NCBI GenBank assembly: GCA_030390025.1
Contig: CM059432.1
Location: forward strand, 32,180,001 to 32,244,000
Reading direction: 5' to 3'
Source of the DNA: Squalus acanthias
Taxonomy: Eukaryota
DNA length: 64,000 nt
Shown here: positions 50,197-62,439 of the stretch, in pieces
Numbering within the stretch: the first letter of the stretch is position 1
Layout of the letters: each line of letters opens with the position of its first letter
Position numbers and translations under genes: made by a program
The notes under the pieces: generated by a model
Databases searched by the model: none
What the model was told of the DNA's origin: nothing
What the model saw: the letters and a program-made list of their open reading frames with translations, nothing else

Positions 50197-51622
50197 CAAG
50201 AGTTAACCACTTAGTGTGGACATGGAGTCACATGTAGGCCAGATCCTCAAATGTAAACCATCAGGTCCTAGCGATTAGTCTAACTTTAGTTTGAGTAATT
50301 TTTTTAGCACCGTTTCTCATTGAATAAACTCCACTCTCTATGCCCATCTCTGATGGTTCGACTATCCCTGTTTCCCCCTCCTTTTTGAACACTGAGGAGA
50401 GGCAAAGTATTTATTTAGTATCTTTGCCTCTCCTCACTCTTCACTACAAGCTTGCCTCCTTCATCTCCTCATAAGTCTGCCCCACCTTGACTATCCTTTT
50501 ATTGCTATGCAAGGCCTTCTTATTGCTCTTCAAGTCTTTTTTTTACTAATTTTTCCCAATCTCCCTTTCTATATATTTTCTACATTCTATATATTTGTCC
50601 TGAGCTTCCCTCTTTATTGTTTTCCCTGTAAGCGCTAAATACTTTTTATAACTATCAAATTTCATCCATGGAATCCCAGACTTTGATATACCCCCATTGT
50701 TCCTTACTGGAGTATATTTTATTTGTACCCTTTCCATTTCCTGTTTAAATATTTCCCGTTACTGATCTATGGTTCTACTTGGCCAATGTTTTACACCCAA
50801 GTGAGACAGACAGGAAATGTATGCAGGACTTACTATTTTTATAATGTTAGCATGAATCTCCTGTGGTCAATATAGGTCAGAGGCTGCGCTGTTTTATCAG
50901 GAGAGGAACACTATCCCGTGTAAAACACAGTGGCCCCGAAATCGCATAGGCCACGATCCCAGCAGTAGTGCCAGGATCATGCCCGCTGGTGCCCTGCAGT
51001 GCTTACCCTGCTGGAGTGTGCAGGGATAATGGGATGGCACCTTATTTACATGCAATTGGCAGGCAGCGTGTCACTACGAGTACATCCCATGGTGCCCAGC
51101 AACCCAATAATTAAAAAGATACCTTATTTTTGGAGTTCCCTGGCCTGGACTGTCCAGTGGGGCCCACTTGCATTGTTCTAGAGATCGTTACCCCTCATTT
51201 CACTGGGCATACCAGCCTCCAATCTTACACCACTGAGGTCAGGGAAGAGGGAGCTTGTAGCGAAGGGAGTGCTTGCCCCCTCCATCTGTGATGCGTGGAC
51301 AGAGGTTCCACCCCAGTCAAGGCCTCTTGGAAATTCCAAGCAAAGGTCGCAGCCCATATTTTGGGGCCTCCCACTGTGCTTTCGCTGGAGTTATGGTGGG
51401 AGTGTGCTGGAAGATCTCCGTAATTTTGTAGTCAGTGTCGGCGTGTGTCCATTTAAAGCTACAAAGTAAACACAGGGTTAGTGCTTTCAGAGATCAACTG
51501 TTATTCAGGCTGGAGATCAGAAACTTGGCTTTGTTTGTCTACCAGTCCGGCAACGCCTCAATTTTAAAATTATCATCCTTGTTTCAAATCCCTCCATGGC
51601 CTCACCCCTCCCTATCTCGTAT

Positions 51623-52081
51623 CAGCCGTGGCTCAGTTGGTAGCACCTTCGCCTCTGAGTCAGAAGGTTGTAGGTCCAAGTCCCACTCCAGAGTCTTGAG
51701 CACAGAAAAGTCTAGGCTGACACTCCAGTGCAGTACTGAGGGAGTGCTGCACTATTGGAGGTGCCATCTTTCGGATGAGACGTTAAACAATCTGCCCTCT
51801 CAGGTGGACGTAAAAGATCCCATGGCACTATTTCGAAGAAGAGCATGGGAGTTATCCTTGGTGTCTTGGCCAATATTTATCCTGCAATCAACATCACTAA
51901 AACAGATTTTCTGGCCATTATCATATTGCTGTTGTGGGAGCTTGCTGTGCGCAAATTGGCAGCCGCGTTTCCTACATTACAACAGTGATTACACTTCAAA
52001 AAAGTATTTCATTGGCTGTAAAGCGCTTTGGGACATCCGGTGGTCGTGAAAGGCACGATATAAATGCAAGTCTTTCTTTCT
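51623..52081 (+). mobile_element. SINE family A, full length, inserted in an L2 tail (~51545-52422)
   Basis: A box tggctcagttgg, degenerate B box ggtccaagtcc, core, and gcaagtctttctttc tail. Confidence 0.9.
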
Positions 52082-53659
52082 TAACCTCCTCCAGCCCTAC
52101 AGCCCTCCGAGATCTCTGAGCTCCTCCAATTCTGGCCTCTTGCGCATTCCCGATTTTAATCACTGCACCACTGGCAGCCGTGACTTCGGCTGCCACGGCC
52201 CTAAGCTCTGGAATTCCCTCCCTAAACCTCTACGCCTCACTACCTCTCTCTCCTCCTTTAAGATGCTCCTTAAAACCTACCTCTTTGACCAAGCTTTTGG
52301 CTATCTGCCCTAATATCTCCTTATGTGGCTTGGTGTCAAATGTTGTCTTATAACGCTCCTGTGAAGCACCTTGTGACGTTTCACTACGTTAAAGGCGCTA
52401 TATAAATACAAGTTGTTGTTGTGGAAATTAAGAAGGGGCAGACATTGTGGCTCCAGTATTTTAAGTTCCTACAGATATCCTGTGTAGATTCCAAAGTGCC
52501 TTTGTTTCTTTATACTTTTCTTTTGGAGTGTGACACTTGAAGTGTGACAGACAGGAAAAGAGAAGTGTGACAGACAGGAAGTGCACACTGTGCGGACCAT
52601 TTTGTAATCTATAAAGATATTAAAAGTCTCATGCATAGTGCGTACGTTCTGTAAATATTTTAAAAAATTCTAGCACACTTTCCCTGTCACAGTTTGATGA
52701 TCGTATCTATTGTAAAACAGTGTGTTCTCCTGCTCACAATGAGCAACGCCCATGGGGAGATCTGCCAGTCTTATAGATAGATAAGAACAAGTTTTTTGAA
52801 ACTGAAAGAATTGTTCAGCATTGAAAGGGTTGAGAGCAAAATCTGAGTTGCCTGTGTTTGTTTTTAGGGTCAATAGTTCAAGTGGATTCTTTATTATTAA
52901 CTGTGTCCAGTTTCCTGATTTGGGTGTAGTTCCGGGTAGTTTGTAGCCTTTCTGGTGAAGTTACTAGATGTGCTTTACTGTAAGGTACTGGAAAACAGCC
53001 TGGTACGGGAAACGCTGAATACCAGTCAGTCTCAAAGCTTTGGAACGCACTCGCAGTCTTAATTACTCTGAGTAAAGAAGTTTCTCCTGAATTCCCTATT
53101 GGATTTATTAGTGACCATCTTATATTATGGCCGTTAGTTTTGGACTCAAGTGGAAACATCTTCTCTACATTGAACCCCTTCATAATTTTAAAGACCTCTA
53201 TCAGGTCACCTTTTCTAGAGAAAAGAGCCCCAGCCTGTTCAGTCTTTTCTTATAGTTATACCCTTTCAATTTTTACTTTTTATTGTTTCATTTTTCTCCT
53301 CTTTCTTCTGTTTCCTTCTGCTACAATATTCTTTTCTCTCTACTTCCCAAAGCTTTGGAGCTGCTGTATAGTGGATACTGCAGAGAACAGCACAGGGAAG
53401 ATGAGGGACACAGATGTCCTTCTAGCTCAGCCCGAGGAGCAGACTGTTGAGATAAAAATTGAAAAGCTTGCTCGTGCTAAATGATGGTCAGGCCTTTCCC
53501 AAGTCTGCATGGTGACCAGTCTAAATGTGTCTTTTGCTGCCCTCCTTTTAATCGCTGGGCTACCTTTTCCATGATGCGGAGATGCGGGTGTTGGACTGGG
53601 GTGGACAAAATTGAGAGGTCGCACAACACCAGGTTATAGTCCAACAGTTTTATTTGAAA

Positions 53660-53701
53660 TCACAAGCTTTCGGAGCTATCGATTGCCCCTTCCTCAGGTG
53701 A
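53660..53701 (-). ncRNA. Minimal hammerhead ribozyme motif (mirror copy)
   Basis: Reverse complement of 54491-54532. Confidence 0.7.
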
Positions 53702-54490
53702 AGTAAATAGATACAGAATCGCCAAAGCATATATAGATAGACAACAAAGCATGTGTACCTTACAATTGCAGACAACTAAATTAAATCATCCTGACTATCT
53801 GCCGAGATGTGATAAAGTTAATCAGGTCAGCCAGGAAGGTACCACATCAAAGACATAGCAAGATACAACTGAGACAATGAGGTGTAGTCGCAGGGGTTCT
53901 AACGTGTCAAAAGCTGCCACTGAGACAACGTATGAACGAGCACCGCGCAACAATCGCCAGGCAGGATTGTTACCTCCCAGTCGGGGAACACTTCAGCAGT
54001 CAAGGACATTCAGCCTCGGATCTGCGGGTAAGCGTTCTCCAAGGCAACCTTAGAAACACACGACAACGCAAAATCATCGAGCAGAAACTGATAGCCAAGT
54101 TCCGCACTCATGAAGACGGTCTCAACCGGGATCTTGGGTTTATGTCACGATACATGACGTGATCCGGACTCGAGTCGTCGTTGGCTTATTCACAGATGTG
54201 ATTCCCAGTAAAAAAGTAAAAATTTTCCCAGTAAAAAAGTAAAAATTTTAAGCTTTTCGTTTTACATACAGACGGCAGCTTTTGACACGTTAGAACCCCT
54301 GCGACTACACCTCATTGTCTCAGTTGTATCTTGCTATGTCTTTGATGTGGTACCTTCCTGGCTGACCTGATTAACTTTATCACACCTCGGCAGATAGTCA
54401 GGATGATTTAATTTAGTTGTCTGCAATTGTAAGGTACACATGCTTTGTTGTCTATCTATATATGCTTTGGCGATTCTGTATCTATTTACT

Positions 54491-54532
54491 TCACCTGAGG
54501 AAGGGGCAATCGATAGCTCCGAAAGCTTGTGA
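54491..54532 (+). ncRNA. Minimal type I hammerhead ribozyme motif
   Basis: UCAC-CUGAGGA-A-GGGGC-aaucgaua-GCUCC-GAAA-GC-UU-GUGA. Confidence 0.72.
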
Positions 54533-54919
54533 TTTCAAATAAAACTGTTGGACTATAACCTGGTGTTGTGCGACCTCTCAATTTTGTCTACCTTTTCCAG
54601 TCAGGGTTGGTGCTCGATGTAGATGTATTATCAGCATTGATCTGCTAATTTTCAATTATCCACCATGGGGCTCCATCCATTATGGTCCCACTATCAGTGG
54701 TTAAAATGTACGTCCCTTTAAACACACAAATTCAGGCTTGACATTTTAGAAATTTCTAGACAGCCCATTAAGAAGCAAGACTGTTTGGTCCAAAACTGGC
54801 AGCTCTATTTATAATCAAACCAATCTAATTCAGCATTGATAGGGAAGAACTGTTTCAAGGGAAACTGATTGTGTGATTGCCTTGATTCCCACCATTGGGG
54901 AATCCGACTTACATACATA

Positions 54920-55405
54920 GGATATACAGGACAGAAACAGGCACTCAGACCAACTAGTCTGTGCTGGTGTTTAGACTTCACACAAGTCTCCTCCCATTCT
55001 ATCTACCTCAGCTCAACCTTTCAGCATATCTTTCTATTCCCTTTTCTCTCATGTACTCATCAAGTTTCCTTTTGAAAGCATCTAAGCTATTTGCCTCGAC
55101 CACTTCCTGCGGCACCGAGTTCCACATTCTTTTGAGTACAGATATTTCTCCTTATTTCCCCATTGGATTTATTAGTAACTATCTTGTATTTATGGCCCCT
55201 AGTTTTGGATTCTCCCACAAGTGGAAACATGCCCTCCACATCTACCCTGTCCAACACATTCATAATTTTAAAGACCTTTATTAGGTCACCTCTAAGTCTT
55301 TCCTTTTCTAAAGAAAAAAGCCCCAACCTGTTCAATCTTTCCCAATAGCTCTCAGTTCTGGTCCCATCCTTGTAAAGACAAATTGCACTTTCTCCAGTGC
55401 TTCTA
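54920..55405 (-). mobile_element. CR1 LINE 3' fragment
   Basis: ORF 55087-55335 NRLGLFSLEKERLRGDLIKVFK..FPLVGESKTRGHKYK. Confidence 0.85.
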
Positions 55406-56280
55406 TGGTTATATTTAACTCCCAGTGTTCGGGAATCAGATCGCTATGGAGCAGAGTCCACAGTATCAGCCCTAACAAACAAACTATAGAATGTACACAT
55501 ACCCAGATGTTTGAACATCACAGTTCACAATTGTATTTTCTGGCTGACGGCATTCTCCAATAGCACCCCCACTGCCAACCGAAGATGCGGTTTTCACATT
55601 GCTGTCCCGTGCTGCAGTTGGGCCGAGCATTCGATATTGGGAATCGATTGTTGTGATGTTGGTGCTCCAGAATACGCTCCACAATGTGAGCGAGTCCCAG
55701 AGTAGCAGCAGTCAAGAGAAACCGAAAGACCGCCACATGATGAGCTAGAGAATGATAGAAATGGTAGTTAATGTGATGTCTTTTTGATTGTGCTCAGGAT
55801 GTGGGGGACACTGCCCATCCCGAGTTGCCCCGAGAAGGTGTTGATTGCTTGTACAACTAAATGGCCTGGGCCGTTCAACTGACATAAAAGACCCCATGGT
55901 GCTATTGGAGAATGCCGACAGCCAAGAAAGGAAGGCCTCAGCCTCAATCCCCGGCGCATGCTGCTTTAGCTTCATCTCAGGTGGATCGAAAGTAAGGGCA
56001 TATAGCAATTGGCCCTAGCTGCCGTGAGCTGAGAGGGAAACCACCACCCCCACCCCCCCAAAATAAAATCCAGCAACCCAGCTAGAAAATGCCCGTGAAG
56101 CGTTCCAACAGTGGGCAATGCGTTTATCAATTGATTTTCTGTGGTCTATTTAAATAGTAGTAAAAATCACGCCATTTTATTATTTAAATTGTCAAAACTG
56201 AATGAAGACTCAAGGAAGAAAAAGTAGGGGAGGAGGAAAGGTGCATCAGCGAGCGGTGGGTAGATGATGCCAAGCTTTAG

Positions 56281-56725
56281 AAAGACTTGCATTTATATAG
56301 CGCCTTTCACGACCACCGGACGTCCCAAAGCGCTTTACAGTCAATGAAGTACTTTTTGAAGTGTAGTCGCTGTTGTAATGTAGGAAATGCGGCAGCCAAT
56401 TTGTGCACAGCAAGCTCCCACAAACAGCAATATGATAATGACCAAATAATCTGCTTTAGTGATGTTGTTTGAGGGATAAATATTGGCCCAGGACACCAGA
56501 GATAACTCCCTTACTCTTCTTCGAAATAATGCCATGGGATCTTTTACAACCAGCCTGAGAGGGCAGACGGGGCCTCGGTTTAACGTCTCATCCAAAAGAC
56601 AGCAACTCTGACAGTGCAGCACTGGAGCATCAGCCTAGATTTTTGCACTCAAGTCCTGGAGTGGGAACTTGAGCCCACAACCTTCTGCCATCAGAGGCCA
56701 GGGTGCTGCCAACTGAGCCACTGGC
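56281..56725 (-). mobile_element. SINE family A, full length
   Basis: Reverse complement of 51623-52081. Confidence 0.88.
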
Positions 56726-58103
56726 TGTCACTTGAGCCACTGACTGAAACTTTGGGTTTTAAAAGTGTACAGATTGGAGGCTGCAGAAGGATGGTGAGAC
56801 AGAGGAAGGTGAGGAGGTACTATTTTGAGGGGGCTCATTTGAACCTAACCTGCCCAGAGATAAACTAACGCAGTCTGATCGGCCTCACCCTTTACACCTT
56901 GTCCAATTTACAATTCCATTGACTTCAATGGAAAGTAAAATTGGGCGGCGTGTAAAACAGGCCATCCCATCAGTTTCCCACCGAGGTCCCAGGTAAGAAT
57001 GAGCAGGAAATTGTCAGAAGACCAATCTGTAATTTAAGAAAAAATAATTTTGCTGCAGAAATGCAACAGAGATGTTTAAAGGGTTAAAAGTCACAATACT
57101 ACTGTCTGAAAGAGAGAGGGCCGCTGTTTCCTGTGTTGGTCTTATCTCCCCCTCACACACACACACACACGCTGTGCAGCGTTCATGTGAAACTTCAACT
57201 CCCGCCCCGAAAGCTCATTGCCAGCAGCCCAAGCAAAACTTCAATCTGAAGGGTCGCAAGTTCAAATGCTACTCCCCAGCTGACATTTGACTGTGTTTAC
57301 ACTAACTGGGAAAATTGTACCCCTTCTGGGGTACTGTCCCTGGCAAAGTGCGTGTTTTTAAAGGCTTTTTTTGTACTCAAAGGCTTTTGGTGTTTGGGAA
57401 ATGGAACAGTGTTTCAGGTTACCTGATATCAGGTATAGCACAGACCAGTTGTAGTGTAAAGATCCCTCTGTTCTTCCTACTAATGTGCCTGAGCACAAAA
57501 TTTTGGGCTCCCCTCTGGACACCCACCTACTGAGTTAAGGCTGCTAAAACTTCTTGATATAGGATCAATACTGCCTGGAGACAAGGAGCCCTTAATGCCA
57601 TTAGTCTGAAGTGGTTTCAAACTCAGGTCCCAGAGGTGAAATGACGGTGGGGGAGAGGTAACATTCAAACTAGTCATGCAGGAAAACATTTATCGGATTT
57701 GAAAGCAAAAGTGTCTGTAGTATTGTGTCTCTGGATCCACGATTGTGCCATTTCTCACTACATAAGTAAATACGTACTTGCATTTATATAGTGCCTGACT
57801 AACTCGAAACATCACAAGGTGCTTCACACAATGAATTTGTTTTGAAGTGCAATGACTGCTGTTGTGTCGGCAAATGCGGCAGCCATTTTGCACAACGCAA
57901 GATCTCATAAACAGCAATGAGATGACTGACCAATTAATCTGCTCTTTTTGGTGCTGTTTGTTGTGGGATGAATGTTGGCCAGGACATCAGAACGCCCCCA
58001 CATGTGATCTTTAATATCCACCCTAGACTGGTCTGTAAGACTGGGTGTACAAATCTGTCAGTGGCTCCTGGAAACCATGTAAACAAATTTATTTTCATGA
58101 TTA

Positions 58104-58244
58104 TAATTTGACCCTAGGATGCAAACAAAGGGTTGTATTTATTCTCCATCCCTAGATAAATGCCAATGTAAACAACAACAACTTGCATTTATCTAGGGAT
58201 AGAGAATAAATGCAACTCTTTGATCACATCCTGAGGTCAAATTA
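58104..58244. repeat. Imperfect hairpin with ~60-bp arms
   Basis: aatttgaccctaggatg..atccctagataaatgc / gcatttatctagggat..catcctgaggtcaaatt. Confidence 0.85.
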
Positions 58245-58359
58245 AAATAAAGTCCAGCTCGTCCATCACCACCGCCCTCACTGGTTCCCTTTCCCCGCCA
58301 AATTCAATTCCAAATTTTTAAAGATCCTCCCCATGGCTTTGCACCGCCTATCTCTGGTA

Positions 58360-58680
58360 GCAGTTTGATACAACTGAATGGCTTGCTAGGCCATTTCAGA
58401 CATAAGTTAAGAGTCAACCATGTTGGCGTGGGAGTCACATATAGGCCAGACCAGGTAAAGGCGGCAGGATTCCTTCCCTAAAAGACATTAGTGAGCCAGT
58501 TAACAATCCGACAGCTTCATGGTCACTTTTACTGATACCATCTTTTTATTTCCAGGTTATTTTAACTGAATTCAAATTCTCAAACTACTATGGTGGGATT
58601 TGAACTTACAGTTTCTGGACTATTAGTACAGGCCCCTGTATTACTAGTCCAGTAGCATAACCACCAGACTACCGTACCCA
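58360..58680 (-). mobile_element. SINE family B
   Basis: Matches 41910-42245. Confidence 0.8.
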
Positions 58681-59770
58681 TAGATACTGTATTTGTTGAA
58701 ATGCAATTTTTCTTCTGTTTGGGTACCAAATACACAAAATAAGTCTCGTGAGAACATCTGAATGCTTGCCTTATCTGCAGTTCATGCTCGAGATTTACAT
58801 GGTAGAGAAAGGTACAGGGCTGGATCCAGTTGCCTGCCCATTAGGTTGGGTTTATTTAAATTGTAGTCTGGTACATTCATCTTAGTATCAGACTGGCTGA
58901 GGCCTTTACCCACTAGGCCAATAAGGGAGAACCTAATATGTATTTTGGTGCAATCTGTGGCTTGACATCGTTTGTATAAAGTCGACATGTTCCTGTAGCT
59001 CTGGAATTCCCTCCCTAAACCTCTCTGCCTCTCTACCTCTCTTTCCTCCTTTAAGATGCTCCTTAAAACCTACCTCTTTGACCAAGCTTTTTAGTCATCT
59101 GTCCTAATATCTCCTTATGTGGCTCAGTGTCAAATGTTGTTTGACAATCGCTCTTGTGAAGCACCTTGGGACGTTTCACTACGTTAAAGGCGGTATATAA
59201 ATACAAGTTCTGATACTGCTGTGTAGCTGGTCCTCTGTGTCAGATCCATTTTATTGCATTGTTGAATGACTGCAGTCTGTTGTCAGGGAGTTTGTTGCGA
59301 GGCAGCCGAAGGTTAAAAGCCTGACAGCAGCTTGTGAGCACCTGTCAGCTGCATTATAGTGGTTGGTCCTTTGAGGCACTCTGCCAATCCCTGCCAGATG
59401 ATTTTTTTCATGAAGATACATCGCCTGAGTGACTGTTCTTCACTAGACAGCAAGTATTTCACCAAGTAGGGCAGCCCTGTTAAGCAAACCCCCATTATTA
59501 CCTGACTTCACGTGAACTTTCAAGCAGGGGCCATCAAGAGTAGGAACCTGGTCGATTTCCTCCTTTTACCCCTTCCCCCACCCTTCCCTGCCTAGCACAG
59601 ATGTGCTGAGGCCAATTGTAGCATCCCAAATGCTAGCCCTGGCCTAGATCAGCCAAACCAACGCAGACCTGAAATTAAACCTTCAGAACCTTCACTGTAA
59701 GAGGGCCCACCCAGAACCTTCACTGTAATAGGGCACACCCAGAACTTTCACTGTAATAGGGCCCACCCAG

Positions 59771-62365
59771 AACCTTCGCTGTTAATTATGCCCACCAAGC
59801 ACTTTCTTTGTTAATAGGGCCAACTGGGACCTTCACTGTAAGGACCCACTCTCCCTGATGAATAACCTGTTCAGCTCAAAATACGAATTTGTTATTAATC
59901 AAAACTCATTGGGAAATGTTTAAAGAATTTTCAGTTGGCTATCTCAATGTAAATAGGAGGTTTCTTCATTACAAATCTGAAAAATGTTTTGTAAAGTGTA
60001 ATTTGGTAGAAACAGCAGGCCTGAGGTGACATGGGACCGTTAGTGATTTATAGAAGTTGTGAAGCAATCTTGGGATGACTTGCAGGTACTGGAATGAGTT
60101 AAAGTCGCATTGTGCAACATTATCTACAATAATGCAAAATATTAATTTTTGGGCCGTAATTCACTATTTACAGCATCCCAATATTTTATAACTAAAAATG
60201 CATCCAAAATCCGGAAGAAAAAATGGCACCCAGAGCCTTCACTGTAATAGGGCCCACCCAGAACCTTCAGTGTAATAGGGCCCACTCAGAACCTTCACTG
60301 TAATAGGGCCCACCCAGAACCTTCACTGTAATAGAGCCCACCCAGAACCTTCACTGTAATAGGGCCCACCCAGAACCTTCACTGTAATAGGGCCCACCCA
60401 GAACTTTCACTGTAATAGGGCCCACCCAGAGCCTTCACTGTAATAGGGCCCACCCAGAGCCTTCACTGTAATAGGGCCCACCCAGAACCTTCACTGTAAT
60501 AAGGCCCACCCAGAACCTTCACTGTAATAGGGCCCACCCAGAACCTTCACTGTAATAGGGCCCACCCAGAACCTTCACTGTAATAAGGCCCACCCAGAAC
60601 CTTCACTGTAATAAGGCCCACCCAGAGCCTTCACTGTAATAAGGCCCACCCAGAGCCTTCACTGTAATAAGGCCCACCCAGAACCTTCACTGTAATAAGG
60701 CCCACCCAGAGCCTTCACTGTAATAAGGCCCACCCAGAGCCTTCACTGTAATAGGCCCACCCAGAACCTTCACTGTAATAAGGCCCACCCAGAGCCTTCA
60801 CTGTAATAGGGCCCACCCAGAGCCTTCACTGTAATGGGGCCCACCCAGAGCCTTCACTGTAATAGGGCCCACCCAGAACCTTCACTGTAATAGGGCCCAC
60901 CCAGAACCTTCACTGTAATAGGGCCCACCCAGAGCCTTCACTGTAATAGGGCCCACCCAGAACCTTCACTGTAATAGGGCCCACCCAGAACCTTCACTGT
61001 AATAAGGCCCACCCAGAACCTTCACTGTAATAAGGCCCACCCAGAACCTTCACTGTAATAAGGCCCACCCAGAGCCTTCACTGTAATAAGGCCCACCCAG
61101 AGCCTTCACTGTAATAGGCCCACCCAGAACCTTCACTGTAATAAGGCCCACCCAGAGCCTTCACTGTAATAGGGCCCACCCAGAGCCTTCACTGTAATAA
61201 GGCCCACCCAGAGCCTTCACTGTAATAAGGCCCACCCAGAACCTTCACTGTAATAAGGCCCACCCAGAGCCTTCACTGCAATAAGGCCCACCCAGAGCCT
61301 TCACTGTAATAGGCCCACCCAGAACCTTCACTGTAATAAGGCCCACCCAGAGCCTTCACTGTAATAGGGCCCACCCAGAGCCTTCACTGTAATAGGGCCC
61401 ACCCAGAGCCTTCACTGTAATAGGGCCCACCCAGAACCTTCACTGTAACAGGGCCCACCCAGAACCTTCACTGTAATAGGGCCCACCCAGAGCCTTCACT
61501 GTAATAGGGCCCACCCAGAACCTTCACTGTAATAGGGCCCACCCAGAACCTTCACTGTAATAAGGCCCACCCAGAACCTTCACTGTAATAAGGCCCACCC
61601 AGAACCTTCACTGTAATAAGGCCCACCCAGAACCTTCACTGTAATAGGGCCCACCCAGAGCCTTCACTGTAATAGGGCCCACCCAGAACCTTCACTGTAA
61701 TAGGGCCCACCCAGAACCTTCACTGTAATAGGCCCACCCAGAACCTTCACTGTAATAAGGCCCACCCAGAACCTTCACTGTAATAAGGCCCACCCAGAAC
61801 CTTCACTGTAATAAGGCCCACCCAGAGCCTTCACTGTAATAGGGCCTACCCAGAACCTTCAGTGTAATAGGGCCCACCCAGAACCTTCAGTGTAATAGGG
61901 CCAAGCCAAAACCTTCGCTGTTAATTATGCCCACCAAGCACTTTCTTTGTTAATAGGGCCAACTGGGACCTTCACTGTAAGGACCCACTCTCCCTGATGA
62001 ATAACCTGTTCAGCTCAAAATACGAATTTGTTATTAATCTATACTCATTGGGAAATGTTTAAAGAATTTTCAGTTGGCTATCTCAATGTAAATAGGAGGT
62101 TTCTTCATTACAAATCTGAAAAATGTTTTGTAAAGTGTAATTTGGTAGAAACAGCAGGCCTGAGGTGACATGGGACCGTTAGTGATTTATAGAAGTTGTG
62201 AAGCAGTCTTGGGATGACTTGCAGGTACTGGAATGAGTTGAAGTCGCATTGTGCAATATTATCTACAAGCATGCAAAATATTAATTTTTGGGCCGTAAGT
62301 CCCTATTTACAGCATCCCAATATTTTATAACTAAAAACGCATCCAAAATCCGGAAGAAAAAATGG
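59771..62365 (+). repeat. 456-bp direct duplication (59771-60226 and 61910-62365) flanking the minisatellite
   Basis: Both copies run aaccttcgctgttaattatg..ccggaagaaaaaatgg with scattered substitutions. Confidence 0.93.
60227..61900 (+). repeat. Minisatellite with a 28-bp unit, about 60 copies
   Basis: Unit gggcccacccaga(a/g)ccttcactgtaata, with aagg / aggg / agg variants. Confidence 0.97.
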
Positions 62366-62439
62366 GAAAAATGTTGACTGAACAAGGTTTCCAAAACCCA
62401 CTTTTAAAATAGGGATCTTGAGTCTTTAGGATCTAAAGT

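Larger units (their letters stand above)
53572..54588. mobile_element. Penelope-like element fold-back (family 1): inverted pLTR, GIY-YIG C-terminus, pLTR
   Basis: 315-bp arms at 53604-53918 and 54274-54588; ORF 53932-54162 RMNEHR..LPVGEHF..EQKLIAKFRTHEDGLNRD; TSD ctaccttttcca at 53560-71 and 54588-99. Confidence 0.93.

Noticed and set aside
51623..51700. tRNA-like sequences here and at 34436 and 48810
   Set aside because: They are SINE heads continuing into SINE cores, with no intact cloverleaf evident.
55503..55738. Minus-strand frame MWRSFGFS*LLLLW..CDVQTSG with an in-frame TGA, superficially like the selenoprotein P N-terminus (MWRSLGL)
   Set aside because: It lacks the CK.PP.W and VVALLQASUxxC motifs, the TGA would fall in the signal peptide, and no SECIS or further exons are seen. 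The similarity is probably chance.
60227..61900. 28-bp repeats resembling a CRISPR array
   Set aside because: Head-to-tail units with no unique spacers, no cas genes, and a vertebrate context.
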